NCBI GenBank assembly: GCA_002104905.1
Contig: MCFE01000092.1
Span: 62,001 to 126,000 of the forward strand
Length of the DNA: 64,000 nt
Direction: 5' to 3'
DNA from: Basidiobolus meristosporus CBS 931.73
Taxonomy: Eukaryota > Fungi > Basidiobolomycota
Part shown: in pieces, positions 63,020 through 64,000 of the stretch
Layout of the letters: each line of letters begins with the position of its first letter
How positions within the stretch are numbered: the stretch's first letter is position 1
Notes under the pieces: generated by a model
Told to the model about the DNA's origin: nothing
Databases searched by the model: none
The model's input: only the letters and a program-made list of their open reading frames with translations
Program-made: the position numbers and the translations under genes

Positions 63020-63266
63020 TAAAGTTCGATTGTTTATACAAACTATCACACAAACCATCGATATTTTCTGATTTCCCCGAGCATTCAGTATCCTGGCCAA
63101 GATCTCGAAATCATTGAGAATTGATAGGTTACCATCCTGATCGCATCAACCGGTAAACAAGGTTTGTTTTGATTTTTTCGGATGTTATGAAATTTTGTAT
63201 GGGGTAGTCGTTTGTATCTGGAGAAGCGGAAGTCTCGAGTAGAGGACATATACCGGTGTTAACGCT

Positions 63267-64000
63267 ATGGGTTTATTTAATGCAGACCGGTTTCAAGAAG
63301 CCTATGATAAAATCAAAGAAGATGCGCTAGGCTTAGACTGCTCCATACTTATCTTTGTGGCTTCGGACCCTGACGCTTTGTGTGCTTGCAAGATATTGCA
63401 AGAGCTGCTCAAGACCGATTATCTCGCACATAAGATTGTCCCAGTCAATGGATACACCGATTTGAGCTATGCCAATCAAGAACTCATAGAAGACAATCTG
63501 AACGTAAGCCCTCCATCTCCAACCAGCATCCAGTTGTCCGCCACCACTAAAGCCTTTTTCTCAGATACGGAGTATCGTTATGCTGAATTGTGGGGGCATG
63601 GTCGATCTTACAGAGTTTCTGAACATTTCCAGCAACACCGCGGTGTATGTGTTCGACAGTCATCGCCCGCTACATCTTTCAAATATGTTTGGGTTTAGCC
63701 CAATCGTTGTCTTTGACGACGAAGACCCCGACTCCTTACAACACGTACAAAGAGCGTTTGAGGCCCTTGAGGTAAGATAGACATTCTCATAGCTGGACCC
63801 AAATTGCCTAGTCTCTAACCACATCAAATAGTATGCAGAGTCTGACGCAGAGGACTCCGACGCCATGGAGGATGATGATGATGATGAAACACCCAATCGC
63901 GTAGCTCGACAGCAACGACGTGAATACAAACAGGTGATCACCGCCTATTACTCATCAGGCACTCACTACGGCCCGGCAGCAGCGCTAATGATGTACACCT
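63267..64000 (+). CDS. CDC45: DNA replication initiation factor Cdc45 (5' part; continues beyond the window)
   Basis: Exons 63267-63503, 63565-63771, 63832 onward; LIFVASDPDALCACKIL, IVMLNCGGMVDL, VFDSHRP.HL.N, acidic loop, then YYSSGT.YG. Confidence 0.93.

Overview
Eukaryotic (fungal) genomic DNA with two sharply different halves. Positions 1 to ~47,120 are a continuous, CpG-depleted block of nested, mostly dead transposons. It holds two Ty1/copia families (A: 369-bp LTRs; B: ~349-bp LTRs, both with a GGTTATGAGCCC half-tRNA-type PBS), a Ty3/gypsy family in three pieces, a chromodomain-bearing gypsy, several solo LTRs, and a CACTA/EnSpm-like DNA transposon family with CCCTA/CACTA termini plus a 320-bp MITE-like derivative. 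Removing nested inserts reconstructs a ~5.7-kb CACTA-like element (31127-42549, 44-bp TIRs) carrying a transposase and, head-to-head, a second ~700-codon ORF I cannot assign. Positions ~47,400-64,000 are a compact, CpG-normal cluster of housekeeping genes: BiP/KAR2 (-), REI1 (+), TOR kinase (-, 9 exons, with an apparent 1-nt frameshift near 56347), COG5 (+, 17 exons) and the 5' part of CDC45 (+). Short GT-AG introns and the protein sequences suggest an early-diverging fungus; this is inference and I cannot name the species. All identity and mismatch counts were made by eye.
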